A DNA stretch of 42,623 nt from an uncultured Hydromonas sp. Its GTDB lineage: Bacteria; Pseudomonadota; Gammaproteobacteria; Burkholderiales; Burkholderiaceae. The notes beneath the pieces were generated by a model, which was not told the DNA's origin, made no database searches, and saw only the letters and a program-made list of their open reading frames with translations. Position numbers and translations under genes: made by a program. The stretch is from positions 1 to 42,623 of the forward strand of contig CAZDLD010000003.1 of assembly GCA_964506355.1 (NCBI GenBank). Reading direction: 5' to 3'. Below are positions 8,717-18,439 of the stretch, one piece after another (the first letter of the stretch is position 1; each line of letters starts with the position of its first letter).

Positions 8717-9766
8717 TTACTTGTAAGCCGCTCTGTCCATCAGCATCACCGCTCGCGCTTGTTCGCGTCCTACTGTGACCACATTGACATTGTCTTGCTT
8801 AAACGCACCCCAAGCGGCGACACTCTTGTCAGCAGCCACTTTGGTGTTGACGGGATATTCCATATTTGTATTGGCAAATTCAGCCTGCGCTTTTTCAGAT
8901 GACAGCCACTCGAGCAATTTGACCGCTTCATCCTTTTTTTGGCTGTGCGCGGTCACACCTGCGCCTGAGATATTGACATGAGTGCCTGTGGTTTTTTGGT
9001 TCGCCCACGCGATGCCGATGGGCAGGGTGGGTGATTTGCTCATCAGTTTGCCATAGTAATAGGTATTGGCTATGCCAACAGCGCACTGACCTGAGCCGAT
9101 TGCTTCGAGTAACTTGGTGTCATCGGGAAACACCTCCGTGGCTAAATTGGCTACCCAGCCTTTGACCGTGGCTTCAGTTTTTGCTTCGCCGTCCTGATTG
9201 ATGAGCATGGCAACCAATGACTGGTTATAGACTTTTTTCGAGCTGCGCAAACACAGCTGGCCCTTCCATTTACTGTCGGCCAAATCTTGATAGGTGGTGA
9301 TTTGCTCAGGTTTGACTTTATCCTTGTTGAAAAAAATCGTGCGGGCGCGCACCGACATGCCGAACCATTTGTTTTCGGGGTCGCGCAGATGCGCGGGGAC
9401 ATTGGCGGTCAATACGGGCGAGTTGATGGCTTGCAACACACCTTCATTGGAAGCCTGCCATAAGTTGCCTGCATCCACCGTGATGAGCACATCGGCAGGC
9501 GAGTTTTTGCCCTCGGTTTTTAAGCGTTCCAACAACACGCCTTCTTTATCCGAAACCACCTTGAATGATATGCCCGTTTCTTGAGTGTACTTGGCCAAAA
9601 TCGGTTGCAGCAATTGCTCAGCGCGTGCGCTATAAATCGTCAATTCCTTGGGATTGCTCGATGCTGCGTTTGATGCGGGCTTAGTCGCCTCGGTCGTGCC
9701 CGAATTGCAGGCGGTCAAAGCAGTCGCGCCGATGAGGGAAGCGACGAGTAGTAATTTGAATTTCAT
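8717..9766 (-). CDS. Fe(3+) ABC transporter substrate-binding lipoprotein (FbpA/FutA family)
   Basis: Trimmed to the ATG at 9764-9766 (MKFKLLLVASLIGATALTAC, signal peptide plus lipobox), with the SD AAGGAA. The body matches the iron-binding-protein family (YSARAEQLLQPI...NSPADVLITVDAGNLW). Confidence 0.88.
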   Translation of the reverse strand: MKFKLLLVASLIGATALTACNSGTTEATKPASNAASSNPKELTIYSARAEQLLQPILAKYTQETGISFKVVSDKEGVLLERLKTEGKNSPADVLITVDAGNLWQASNEGVLQAINSPVLTANVPAHLRDPENKWFGMSVRARTIFFNKDKVKPEQITTYQDLADSKWKGQLCLRSSKKVYNQSLVAMLINQDGEAKTEATVKGWVANLATEVFPDDTKLLEAIGSGQCAVGIANTYYYGKLMSKSPTLPIGIAWANQKTTGTHVNISGAGVTAHSQKKDEAVKLLEWLSSEKAQAEFANTNMEYPVNTKVAADKSVAAWGAFKQDNVNVVTVGREQARAVMLMDRAAYK

Positions 9767-9827
9767 TAAAGTTCCTTGGTAAAAGTGGCCAGATGGCATA
9801 GTGATTGAATCAGACAGATGCATTCTA

Positions 9828-9860
9828 AATGCAAATGAGAATGAATGTCAATTGCATTTA
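9828..9860. promoter_or_regulatory. candidate Fur-box-like operator upstream of the iron transporter operon
   Basis: AAATGCAA-N17-TTGCATTT is an 8-bp perfect inverted repeat. The internal 19-mer GAGAATGAATGTCAATTGC matches the Fur consensus GATAATGATAATCATTATC at 12/19 positions. It lies 60-95 bp upstream of the ATG. Confidence 0.3.
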
Positions 9861-10047
9861 ATTGATATGTGCACAGTGTTGCATTTATTTAAAATTAATT
9901 TAAATTCAAACTGACGCAGGTTCACGACAGAATGGAGCAAAAAAACTCAAGCAATCGCACTGCAAGTGCATCAGCGCGTGCGTTTTGCGCGCAGAACACA
10001 CACAAGTCACGTGAAGCCGCGCCGCTTGGCTTATAATGTCGACTTGA

Positions 10048-12421
<2,374 letters not shown>

Positions 12422-12464
12422 AGATTGCCGCTTGATATTAATGTGGGTTTATTGCGAGGTAATT

Positions 12465-13244
12465 GTGAGCGAAGCTGAGTACTATAACAAAGCGAGAGAG
12501 TATTTACTATCATTCGACTTAGTGACAGATGAGGTTTTGGAACTTCACATTAACGAATGGAAGGGTCGCAAACCAGATTCTATACAGGGCCTTTTTAAAG
12601 CTCTGCTTGGGCATGCTAAAAATAGACAAGGAATGCCAAATAGTATTGGTGATATTAACAAACTATCAGACGTGCTTTTCGATTTTAATCACATAAAAGT
12701 AACCCAAAATTATTGCGATTGGATGGCTCTTTTCGATGCAATAATTGAGAGTGGTTATAGACCTCCAGGACGGATGGTCAGAGACAACAATAAAAGTCAC
12801 TGGGTAATTTACTGTAAAGCCGTTATCTCAATTTCTGAATTTATGTCATCTTATGAAACTCTTGAAGATTTTCAAAAGTTTGTTGATGGATTTTTAACTA
12901 ATGAGCAATCAAAGCTCGCGTTACCGCTTTTACTTTCGGAAGAGATTTTTGGTTTTGGATTCGCTTTGGCATGTGATTTTCTTAAAGAAAATGTTTCTCC
13001 CCAATTTATTAAGCCGGACACACACATTAATGATATAGCTCAAGGGCTTGGCATCACTAAAGCAACTAACGATTACAAAATTTTTAAAGATGTCATCTCA
13101 TATTGTTCAAGAATCGAAATTCTGCCGTATGCAGTTGATAAGGTTTTTTGGCTGGTGGGAAGTGGAGATTTTTACTTATCTGGTTTTAAGGTAGGCACAT
13201 CAAAACATGAATTTATTTCACAACTCGTAACTCGTAACTCGTAA
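12465..13244 (+). CDS. hypothetical protein with an HhH-GPD (DNA glycosylase)-like helix-hairpin-helix motif; AT-rich foreign-looking gene
   Basis: The ORF is open 12411-13244. The preferred start is the GTG at 12465, 5 nt after GAGG; an alternative ATG is at 12441. By eye, GC is far below that of the flanks. The motif EEIFGFGFALACDFLKENVSPQFIKPDTHINDIAQGLGI resembles the EndoIII-type HhH plus catalytic-Asp segment. Confidence 0.65.
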   Translation: MSEAEYYNKAREYLLSFDLVTDEVLELHINEWKGRKPDSIQGLFKALLGHAKNRQGMPNSIGDINKLSDVLFDFNHIKVTQNYCDWMALFDAIIESGYRPPGRMVRDNNKSHWVIYCKAVISISEFMSSYETLEDFQKFVDGFLTNEQSKLALPLLLSEEIFGFGFALACDFLKENVSPQFIKPDTHINDIAQGLGITKATNDYKIFKDVISYCSRIEILPYAVDKVFWLVGSGDFYLSGFKVGTSKHEFISQLVTRNS

Positions 13245-13250
13245 CTCGTA
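13222..13250. repeat. (AACTCGT) x4 heptanucleotide tandem repeat
   Basis: Exact copies lie at 13222, 13229, 13236 and 13243. The ORF stop TAA (13242-13244) is inside the array. Confidence 0.9.
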
Positions 13251-13389
13251 TGGCGACAATAAACGTGGTTTTCGCGCATTGCGTAAAAAACACTTATTGC
13301 GCCCTACGAGATGGACAGATCTCATTCAAGATGAATGGTTAAATCTGTGCGTCAGTAATTCATGCCACATCTTACTCAATCTTTTCAAA

Positions 13390-13926
13390 ATGAATAAAGC
13401 AGCTTCAATAACTTGGCAAGGCGAACCAAACAGTCCCGAGCGTGACGCATTCTTCATGCGCCATGCTTTGCATTGCGCTCAACTTGCTTACGACGCTGGC
13501 GAAGTGCCCGTCGGAGCGGTGGTGGTGTACGAGAATCGCATCATCGCGCAGGGCTTCAATCAGCCGATAGGATTGAACGATCCGTCCGCACATGCCGAGA
13601 TGCAGGCGCTGCGCGCTGCGGGTGTGGCGCTGCAGAATTATCGTTTGCCCGAGTGTGAGTTGTTTGTCACGCTGGAGCCGTGCCTGATGTGTACGGGGGC
13701 GATGTTCCATGCGCGGCTAACGCGAGTGGTGTATGGCGCTGCGGATTACAAGACGGGTGTGGCGGAGTCGGTATTGCGTCTGTACGAGCACGAGCAGCTC
13801 AATCACCATGCGCAGGTGGTTGGTGGTGTGCTGGCAGATGAGTCGCGTGAGTTGCTGCAGCGGTTTTTTCGAGAGCGCAGGGCGTTGAATAAGTCTTTGA
13901 GTGGGTCCTTGAATTCGGGGGATTGA
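13390..13926 (+). CDS. tadA: tRNA adenosine(34) deaminase
   Basis: Trimmed to the ATG at 13390. It has the CDA zinc motifs HAEMQAL and PCLMCTGA. Confidence 0.9.
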   Translation: MNKAASITWQGEPNSPERDAFFMRHALHCAQLAYDAGEVPVGAVVVYENRIIAQGFNQPIGLNDPSAHAEMQALRAAGVALQNYRLPECELFVTLEPCLMCTGAMFHARLTRVVYGAADYKTGVAESVLRLYEHEQLNHHAQVVGGVLADESRELLQRFFRERRALNKSLSGSLNSGD

Positions 13927-14012
13927 GTGCAATATAGGTGGTGCTGATGGTGTATTGCGATTTTACTGATTTTGTTGATTTTAATTAACGTATGACTGCT
14001 TAGGAGTGCTGT

Positions 14013-14372
14013 ATGGATAGCCCACAAATTCCCGATTATTCTGATTCCAGCTTTTGGGACAAGCTCAAAAATTTCGCGCTCAAAGCAGGCAGCGAGGTCA
14101 TCGAAAAAGCCTTGTATCTGTACTACGCTGCCCAACGCCCTGAGACGCCGACATGGGCGCGGACGGTGATTTTTGGCGCGCTGGCGTATTTCATCTCGCC
14201 TGTGGATGCGATTCCGGACATTATTCCTGTGGCTGGGTTCACCGATGATTTGGGTGCTCTGGCCGCTGCGATTGGCGTGGTGTCGATGTACATCACCGAT
14301 GAGGTGAAATCACAGGCCAAGCAAAAACTCATCACTTGGTTCGGTGCGCAAAATATCGATAAGCCGCAATAA
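14013..14372 (+). CDS. DUF1232 (YkvA-family) small membrane protein
   Basis: 119 aa with SD AGGAG. The characteristic stretch is YFISPVDAIPDIIPVAGFTDDLGALA. Confidence 0.85.
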   Translation: MDSPQIPDYSDSSFWDKLKNFALKAGSEVIEKALYLYYAAQRPETPTWARTVIFGALAYFISPVDAIPDIIPVAGFTDDLGALAAAIGVVSMYITDEVKSQAKQKLITWFGAQNIDKPQ

Positions 14373-14375
14373 AAG

Positions 14376-14410
14376 AAAACAAGTTGCGACAAATGCGCGC
14401 AACTTGTTTT
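14376..14410. terminator. bidirectional rho-independent terminator
   Basis: The stem is aaaacaagttgcg / cgcaacttgtttt (13 bp). It lies between convergent genes. Confidence 0.65.
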
Positions 14411-14436
14411 AATTCAAATTAAAATCCGTCTAAAAC

Positions 14437-14805
14437 TCAAACCACACCCTGCGCTTGCAACTGCGCCCATTCGTCGTCAGTAAACAGGCGCGAACGGGTG
14501 AGAAATGCCTTGCCCGTTGACCCCTCCAACGAAAATGTACCGCCGTGCCCATCGATGACATCGATGATGAGCTGGGTGTGTTTCCAGTATTCGTACTGCG
14601 AGGCGCTGATGTAAAACGGCACCCCACCAATATTCCCCAGATGCACGTCGTACGCGCCTATGGTCAAATCCGTGGGCAGGTAGCAGTTCGCCGCGCTGTT
14701 GTCACAGCAGCCGCCTGATTGGTGAAACATGATGTCGCCGTGCTCGGCTTTGAGCTGGGCGATGAGTGCCAGTGCTTCGTCTGTGGCGATGACGCGTTCG
14801 ACCAT
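14437..14805 (-). CDS. DUF779 protein (aldehyde-dehydrogenase-associated)
   Basis: Trimmed to the ATG at 14803-14805 (MVERVIATDEAL...FHQSGGCCD...), with SD AGGAG. The upstream part of the track ORF runs through a palindromic repeat element. Confidence 0.9.
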   Translation of the reverse strand: MVERVIATDEALALIAQLKAEHGDIMFHQSGGCCDNSAANCYLPTDLTIGAYDVHLGNIGGVPFYISASQYEYWKHTQLIIDVIDGHGGTFSLEGSTGKAFLTRSRLFTDDEWAQLQAQGVV

Positions 14806-14840
14806 GGTGTGCTCCTGAAAAGTGATTTCGCAAATATTGA

Positions 14841-14870
14841 CTGGCATAGACCAGCATAGACCAGCATGGA
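14841..14870. repeat. 3 x 10-bp tandem repeat (ctggcataga / ccagcataga / ccagcatgga)
   Basis: Read directly from the sequence. It starts 36 bp upstream of the DUF779 ATG. Confidence 0.85.
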
Positions 14871-14891
14871 TTATCAATTGGTTAGTGAGAA

Positions 14892-15016
14892 TTAGCCATA
14901 AGCCCCTCTCCCGCATACGGGAGAGGGGTTGGGGAGAGGGTGCGTGCATCAATAGAAAACATATTATATTGACCTTCCCTCTCCCCAACCCCTCCCCCAC
15001 TTGGGGGAGGGGCTAA
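14892..15016. repeat. 125-bp nested-palindrome REP/MITE-like element
   Basis: The ends are inverted TTAGCC (14892-97) and GGCTAA (15011-16). Hairpin 1 is CCCCTCTCCC-gcatac-GGGAGAGGGG (14903-28). An 18-bp perfect long-range inverted repeat, GAGGGGTTGGGGAGAGGG (14923-40) / CCCTCTCCCCAACCCCTC (14977-94), encloses an AT-rich 36-nt loop. Hairpin 3 is CCCCTCCCCC-actt-GGGGGAGGGG (14989-15012). Confidence 0.7.
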
Positions 15017-15130
15017 TGGAGCAGCGTGCCACTGATACCTTGTTCAAACATAAACCAAAAGGTGGCATCGAAAGCATTGCTCTCGAGCCACCCGTGTATC
15101 ATTCCCCAACCTCAGAGGCATGAGATGTGC

Positions 15131-16651
15131 TTAGAAGAAGCCCAATTTTGACTCAGTATAGCTGACCAACAGATTTTTCGTTTGTTGGTAATGGTCGAGC
15201 ATGACTTTGTGGGTTTCGCGACCGATGCCAGATTCCTTGTAGCCGCCAAATGCCGCGTGCGCTGGGTAGGCGTGGTAGCAGTTGGTCCACACACGACCCG
15301 CTTGAATCGCGCGACCCATGCGGTAGGCGACGTTGCCATTGCGGCTCCACACGCCTGCGCCCAAACCGTACAGGGTGTCGTTGGCAATCGCCAAGGCGTC
15401 AGCTTCGTCTTTAAACGTGGTCACAGCGAGCACTGGGCCAAAAATTTCTTCCTGGAAAATGCGCATTTTGTTGTGGCCTTTGAACACCGTTGGCTCGATG
15501 TAGTAGCCATCGGCCATGTCGCCAGACAGCTGGGCTTGCTTGCCACCTGCGAGCACGGTTGCGCCTTCTTGCACGCCCAAGTCCAAGTAGGATTTGATTT
15601 TGGTCATTTGCTCGTTCGAGGCTTGTGCACCAATCATGGTGTCGGTGTCCAATGGGTTGCCTTGCTTGATTGCAGCGATGCGAGCCAAGCATTTTTCCAT
15701 GAATTTGTCGTAGATGGATTCTTGAATCAATGCACGCGATGGGCAGGTGCAGACTTCGCCTTGATTAAACGCGAACAGCACCAAGCCTTCAATCGCTTTG
15801 TCCAAATAGCCATCGTCCGCAGCCATCACGTCTTCAAAGAAAATATTGGGCGATTTGCCACCGAGTTCCAATGTGGCAGGAATCAAGTTGTTCGCCGCCG
15901 CTTGGGCGATCACGCGACCCGTAGAGGTGGAGCCTGTGAATGCAATTTTTGCAATGCGTTTGCTGGAGGCCAGCGGCATGCCCGCTTCGCGACCAAAGCC
16001 GTTGACGATGTTCAATACGCCCGCTGGCAAGATATCAGCGATGAGTTCAGCGAGGATGAGGATGCTCACTGGGGTTGATTCGGCTGGCTTGAGCACCACA
16101 CAGTTGCCTGCGGCGATGGCTGGCGCGAGCTTCCATGCGGCCATCAAAATTGGGAAGTTCCAAGGGATGATTTGACCGACCACGCCCAGTGGTTCATGGA
16201 TGTGATAGGCCATGGTGTTGGCATCGATTTCGCAAGCGCTGCCTTCTTGTGCGCGGATACAGCCCGCGAAATAGCGGAAATGATCGATGGCGAGCGGAAT
16301 GTCAGCGTTGAGCGTTTCGCGAATTGGTTTGCCGTTGTCCACGGTTTCGACATAAGCGAGTAATTCTAAATTGGCTTCAAGGCGATCTGCGATTTTGAGC
16401 AGCATATTCGAGCGCTCAGTGGTTGAGGTTTTGCCCCAAGCAGGCGCGGCAGCGTGTGCGGCATCCAATGCCAGCTCGATGTCCTCGGCGGATGAGCGCG
16501 CAACTGTGGTGAATGCTTTGCCCGTAATCGGTGTGATGTTGTCAAAATACGCGCCTTTAACTGGGGCGACGAATTTGCCGCCGATGAAGTTGTCGTATTT
16601 GGCTTTGAATTGAATCGGTGCGCCTGCGGCGTTCGGTTGTGCATAGATCAT
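15131..16651 (-). CDS. NAD-dependent aldehyde dehydrogenase (AldB/AcoD-like, 506 aa)
   Basis: The track start at 16663 is a TTG. The preferred start is the ATG at 16649-16651 ([10 protein letters not shown]...), with SD GGAGA. The catalytic segments are ELGGKSP and [11 protein letters not shown]. Confidence 0.95.
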   Translation of the reverse strand: MIYAQPNAAGAPIQFKAKYDNFIGGKFVAPVKGAYFDNITPITGKAFTTVARSSAEDIELALDAAHAAAPAWGKTSTTERSNMLLKIADRLEANLELLAYVETVDNGKPIRETLNADIPLAIDHFRYFAGCIRAQEGSACEIDANTMAYHIHEPLGVVGQIIPWNFPILMAAWKLAPAIAAGNCVVLKPAESTPVSILILAELIADILPAGVLNIVNGFGREAGMPLASSKRIAKIAFTGSTSTGRVIAQAAANNLIPATLELGGKSPNIFFEDVMAADDGYLDKAIEGLVLFAFNQGEVCTCPSRALIQESIYDKFMEKCLARIAAIKQGNPLDTDTMIGAQASNEQMTKIKSYLDLGVQEGATVLAGGKQAQLSGDMADGYYIEPTVFKGHNKMRIFQEEIFGPVLAVTTFKDEADALAIANDTLYGLGAGVWSRNGNVAYRMGRAIQAGRVWTNCYHAYPAHAAFGGYKESGIGRETHKVMLDHYQQTKNLLVSYTESKLGFF

Positions 16652-16677
16652 GATGGTCTCCAATAATGGTTAATTTT

Positions 16678-16704
16678 TGTGAATTAAGTGCGATATCTTT
16701 CACA
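16678..16704. promoter_or_regulatory. palindrome TGTGAA-N15-TTCACA upstream of the aldehyde dehydrogenase gene (candidate operator)
   Basis: The 6-bp perfect arms lie 27-53 bp upstream of the ATG. No sigma-54 -24/-12 element (TGGCAC-N5-TTGC) is seen in this gap. Confidence 0.2.
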
Positions 16705-16734
16705 CTGGGATGCATCATGACATGCGGTAGGTTG

Positions 16735-16770
16735 AAAAAAGGTTGAAGCCTGAGGGCGTTCAACCTTTTT
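16735..16770 (-). terminator. rho-independent terminator after the regulator gene
   Basis: The 12-bp perfect stem aaaaaggttgaa / ttcaaccttttt has an 11-nt loop and A/T runs on both sides. Confidence 0.6.
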
Positions 16771-16814
16771 GTTTGATAAAAATTTGAGGGCGTGGTTTAG
16801 GCCACAGGCACAGG

Positions 16815-18023
16815 CTATTCAAACTGCGCCAGCTTGGTCAGCACCGCCGCACGGCGACCATCGTGCTCGGGCAGCAAGTCATCCAAGCGTGCCAATACCT
16901 CATATTCGGCTTCGTGGCGTAGAGTGAACTGCCACAGCGCTTCAACGTCGGTGGACTTGAGCAGGGCGCGGATGACCAACTGATGCAGATAGTCGCGAAA
17001 TTCGACCACGGCGGGCGCTTGTGACTGGGGCAGCAGGGGGCGCTGATACAGCTCAATGGCTTCTTTGACTTGGCCTTGCAGTGCGTACTGCTCGATGAGG
17101 TGGGCGTCGCTGGCGACGATTTGCGCGGTCAGGTGCAGGCGGTAGGGGCGCGCTTGTAGACGCTCGCCGATGTGTTGGCGCAGGTGGGTGATTTCGGATT
17201 TGAGCGTGGACATCGACACGGGTGCATCGCCATACACATGTGCGTGCAGGGATTCCAAGCTCAAGCCCTCGGGGTGCAATGACAGCGCGATGAAAATTTC
17301 TTGCAGGCGTTTGGGCAGGATGGTTTGACCCAAGCACAGACCCACCGATTGACCGCAGACATTGAGGTAAAAACACGGTTCGAGTTGCACGCTCGACCAC
17401 AGTTGCGAAATCTGCTGCGCGTAGTGACTGACCGTTGCCAGCGCCATTGGGTTGGAGTGCTGCCATGGTGCGCTGATGTCGAGCACGCCCGCGAGCTGGC
17501 CGGTGGGGCCGTGGATGATGGGTGCGGCGTAGCACACCCATTCGTGTAGGGTGGGGACGTAGTGCTGGGCGGAGAAGATGACCGCAGGTTTGACCAGTCG
17601 TGCCGCCAGTCCCACGGCATTGGTACCGAAACTTTGTTCGTCCCAATGCGCCGATGGGACAAAATGCGCTTTTTCCAAGCGTTTTTCCATCACGCGATTG
17701 GACGCGGTCCATTGCAAAGTGGCGTTCGGGTCGCTCAGACCGATGGCAAAGCCCGCATCCTGAATCGAATCGAGCAAATCGTCCAATATCGGTTTGGCCA
17801 CCACATAGAGTTGCGACGAAATGAATTTTTGACGCACCGATTCTGGGTCGTCGATGGGCGCGCAGGTCTTGTTGACATTCACGCTGGACGCGGACATCTG
17901 CCAAGATTGCTCCAACCATGAGTGTTGGGGCGGCGCTGGATGCGATTCAAACTTGAGCGTGAATTCTTTCCACTGGCGCTCGGTTTCGATTCGTTGGGTG
18001 CGCAGTCGGTCATTGATACGCAT
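16815..18023 (-). CDS. transcriptional regulator: AcoR-type GAF sensor fused to a SARP-like winged-helix + BTAD output (no AAA+ domain)
   Basis: 402 aa, ATG start, SD AGGAGA. The N-terminal part matches the AcoR sensor pattern (GTNAVGLAA...VIFSAQHY...WVCYAAPIIHGPTGQLAGVLDIS). The C-terminal part fits an OmpR/SARP DNA-binding plus BTAD pattern (RLQEIFIALSLHPEGLSLESLHAHVYGD...STLKSEITHLRQHIGERLQARPYRL...EAIELYQRPLL). No Walker A or GAFTGA motif is present. Confidence 0.75.
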   Translation of the reverse strand: MRINDRLRTQRIETERQWKEFTLKFESHPAPPQHSWLEQSWQMSASSVNVNKTCAPIDDPESVRQKFISSQLYVVAKPILDDLLDSIQDAGFAIGLSDPNATLQWTASNRVMEKRLEKAHFVPSAHWDEQSFGTNAVGLAARLVKPAVIFSAQHYVPTLHEWVCYAAPIIHGPTGQLAGVLDISAPWQHSNPMALATVSHYAQQISQLWSSVQLEPCFYLNVCGQSVGLCLGQTILPKRLQEIFIALSLHPEGLSLESLHAHVYGDAPVSMSTLKSEITHLRQHIGERLQARPYRLHLTAQIVASDAHLIEQYALQGQVKEAIELYQRPLLPQSQAPAVVEFRDYLHQLVIRALLKSTDVEALWQFTLRHEAEYEVLARLDDLLPEHDGRRAAVLTKLAQFE

Positions 18024-18178
18024 ATCATCTCCTGATGCGAATAATCAGCCGTGTGTGTTGTCTCTGATGTTGTTGTATTTTTTGGCTGGATGAGCTCAGC
18101 CATGGGGTGCCATGGGGTGTCTTCTGGCACGGATGCATGGTGCATCATACAATAAAATTGATTTTGGGATAAATTTAT

Positions 18179-18439
18179 TCAAGAAGCGGCAAGGGCGGCG
18201 AGCAATGCAGTGGCATCCAAGCGCCCTTCGCAGATGATGTGCTCATTTGCCGTGGTCAGCACAGGGATGCGCCAATCGAATGGGTGGTGCTGTCCGTCGC
18301 TCTGCGTGTCCTCAATATCGACCCACACCAGCTCAAAATCCAATTGCTGCTGTTGGCGCAGCACCAGTATGTCGGCCCACATATCGTGGCACAGGTGACA
18401 GGTTTCCCGTCCGTGGAGCAGATAAACGGGTTTATTCAT
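18179..18439 (-). CDS. glutaredoxin-like (DUF836-type) small thiol-disulfide protein
   Basis: Trimmed to the ATG at 18437-18439 (MNKPVYLLHGRETCHLCHDM..., CxxC). The start overlaps the upstream protease stop by 8 nt (cATGAATAA). Confidence 0.72.
   Translation of the reverse strand: MNKPVYLLHGRETCHLCHDMWADILVLRQQQQLDFELVWVDIEDTQSDGQHHPFDWRIPVLTTANEHIICEGRLDATALLAALAAS

Noticed and set aside
12449-13309. An 8-bp direct repeat TTATTGCG on both sides of the AT-rich islet, considered as possible att or target-site duplication.
   Set aside because: It is too short to distinguish from chance in AT-rich flanks, and no recombinase or tRNA target is present.
15182-16078. Long antisense or alternate-frame ORFs inside well-supported genes. 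Examples are 15182-16078 (+), 11650-12300 (-), 17053-17919 (-), 23640-24323 (+), 28352-29194 (-), 30788-31414 (-), 31472-32443 (-) and 37673-38284 (-).
   Set aside because: They lie wholly within strongly recognisable genes. Their products are Arg/Ala/His/Pro-biased and low in complexity. They lack SD sequences. This is the usual stop-codon paucity of GC-rich coding DNA.
18100-18130. Sigma-54-like TGGCAC motifs upstream of the GAF regulator (plus strand 18125-18130; minus strand 18112-18107), next to a 2 x 10-bp tandem ccatggggtg.
   Set aside because: The plus-strand copy has no downstream plus-strand gene and no TTGC at -12. The minus-strand copy has its GC doublet one base too close (TGGCAC-cccat-GGCT). 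Neither fits the GG-N10-GC geometry.
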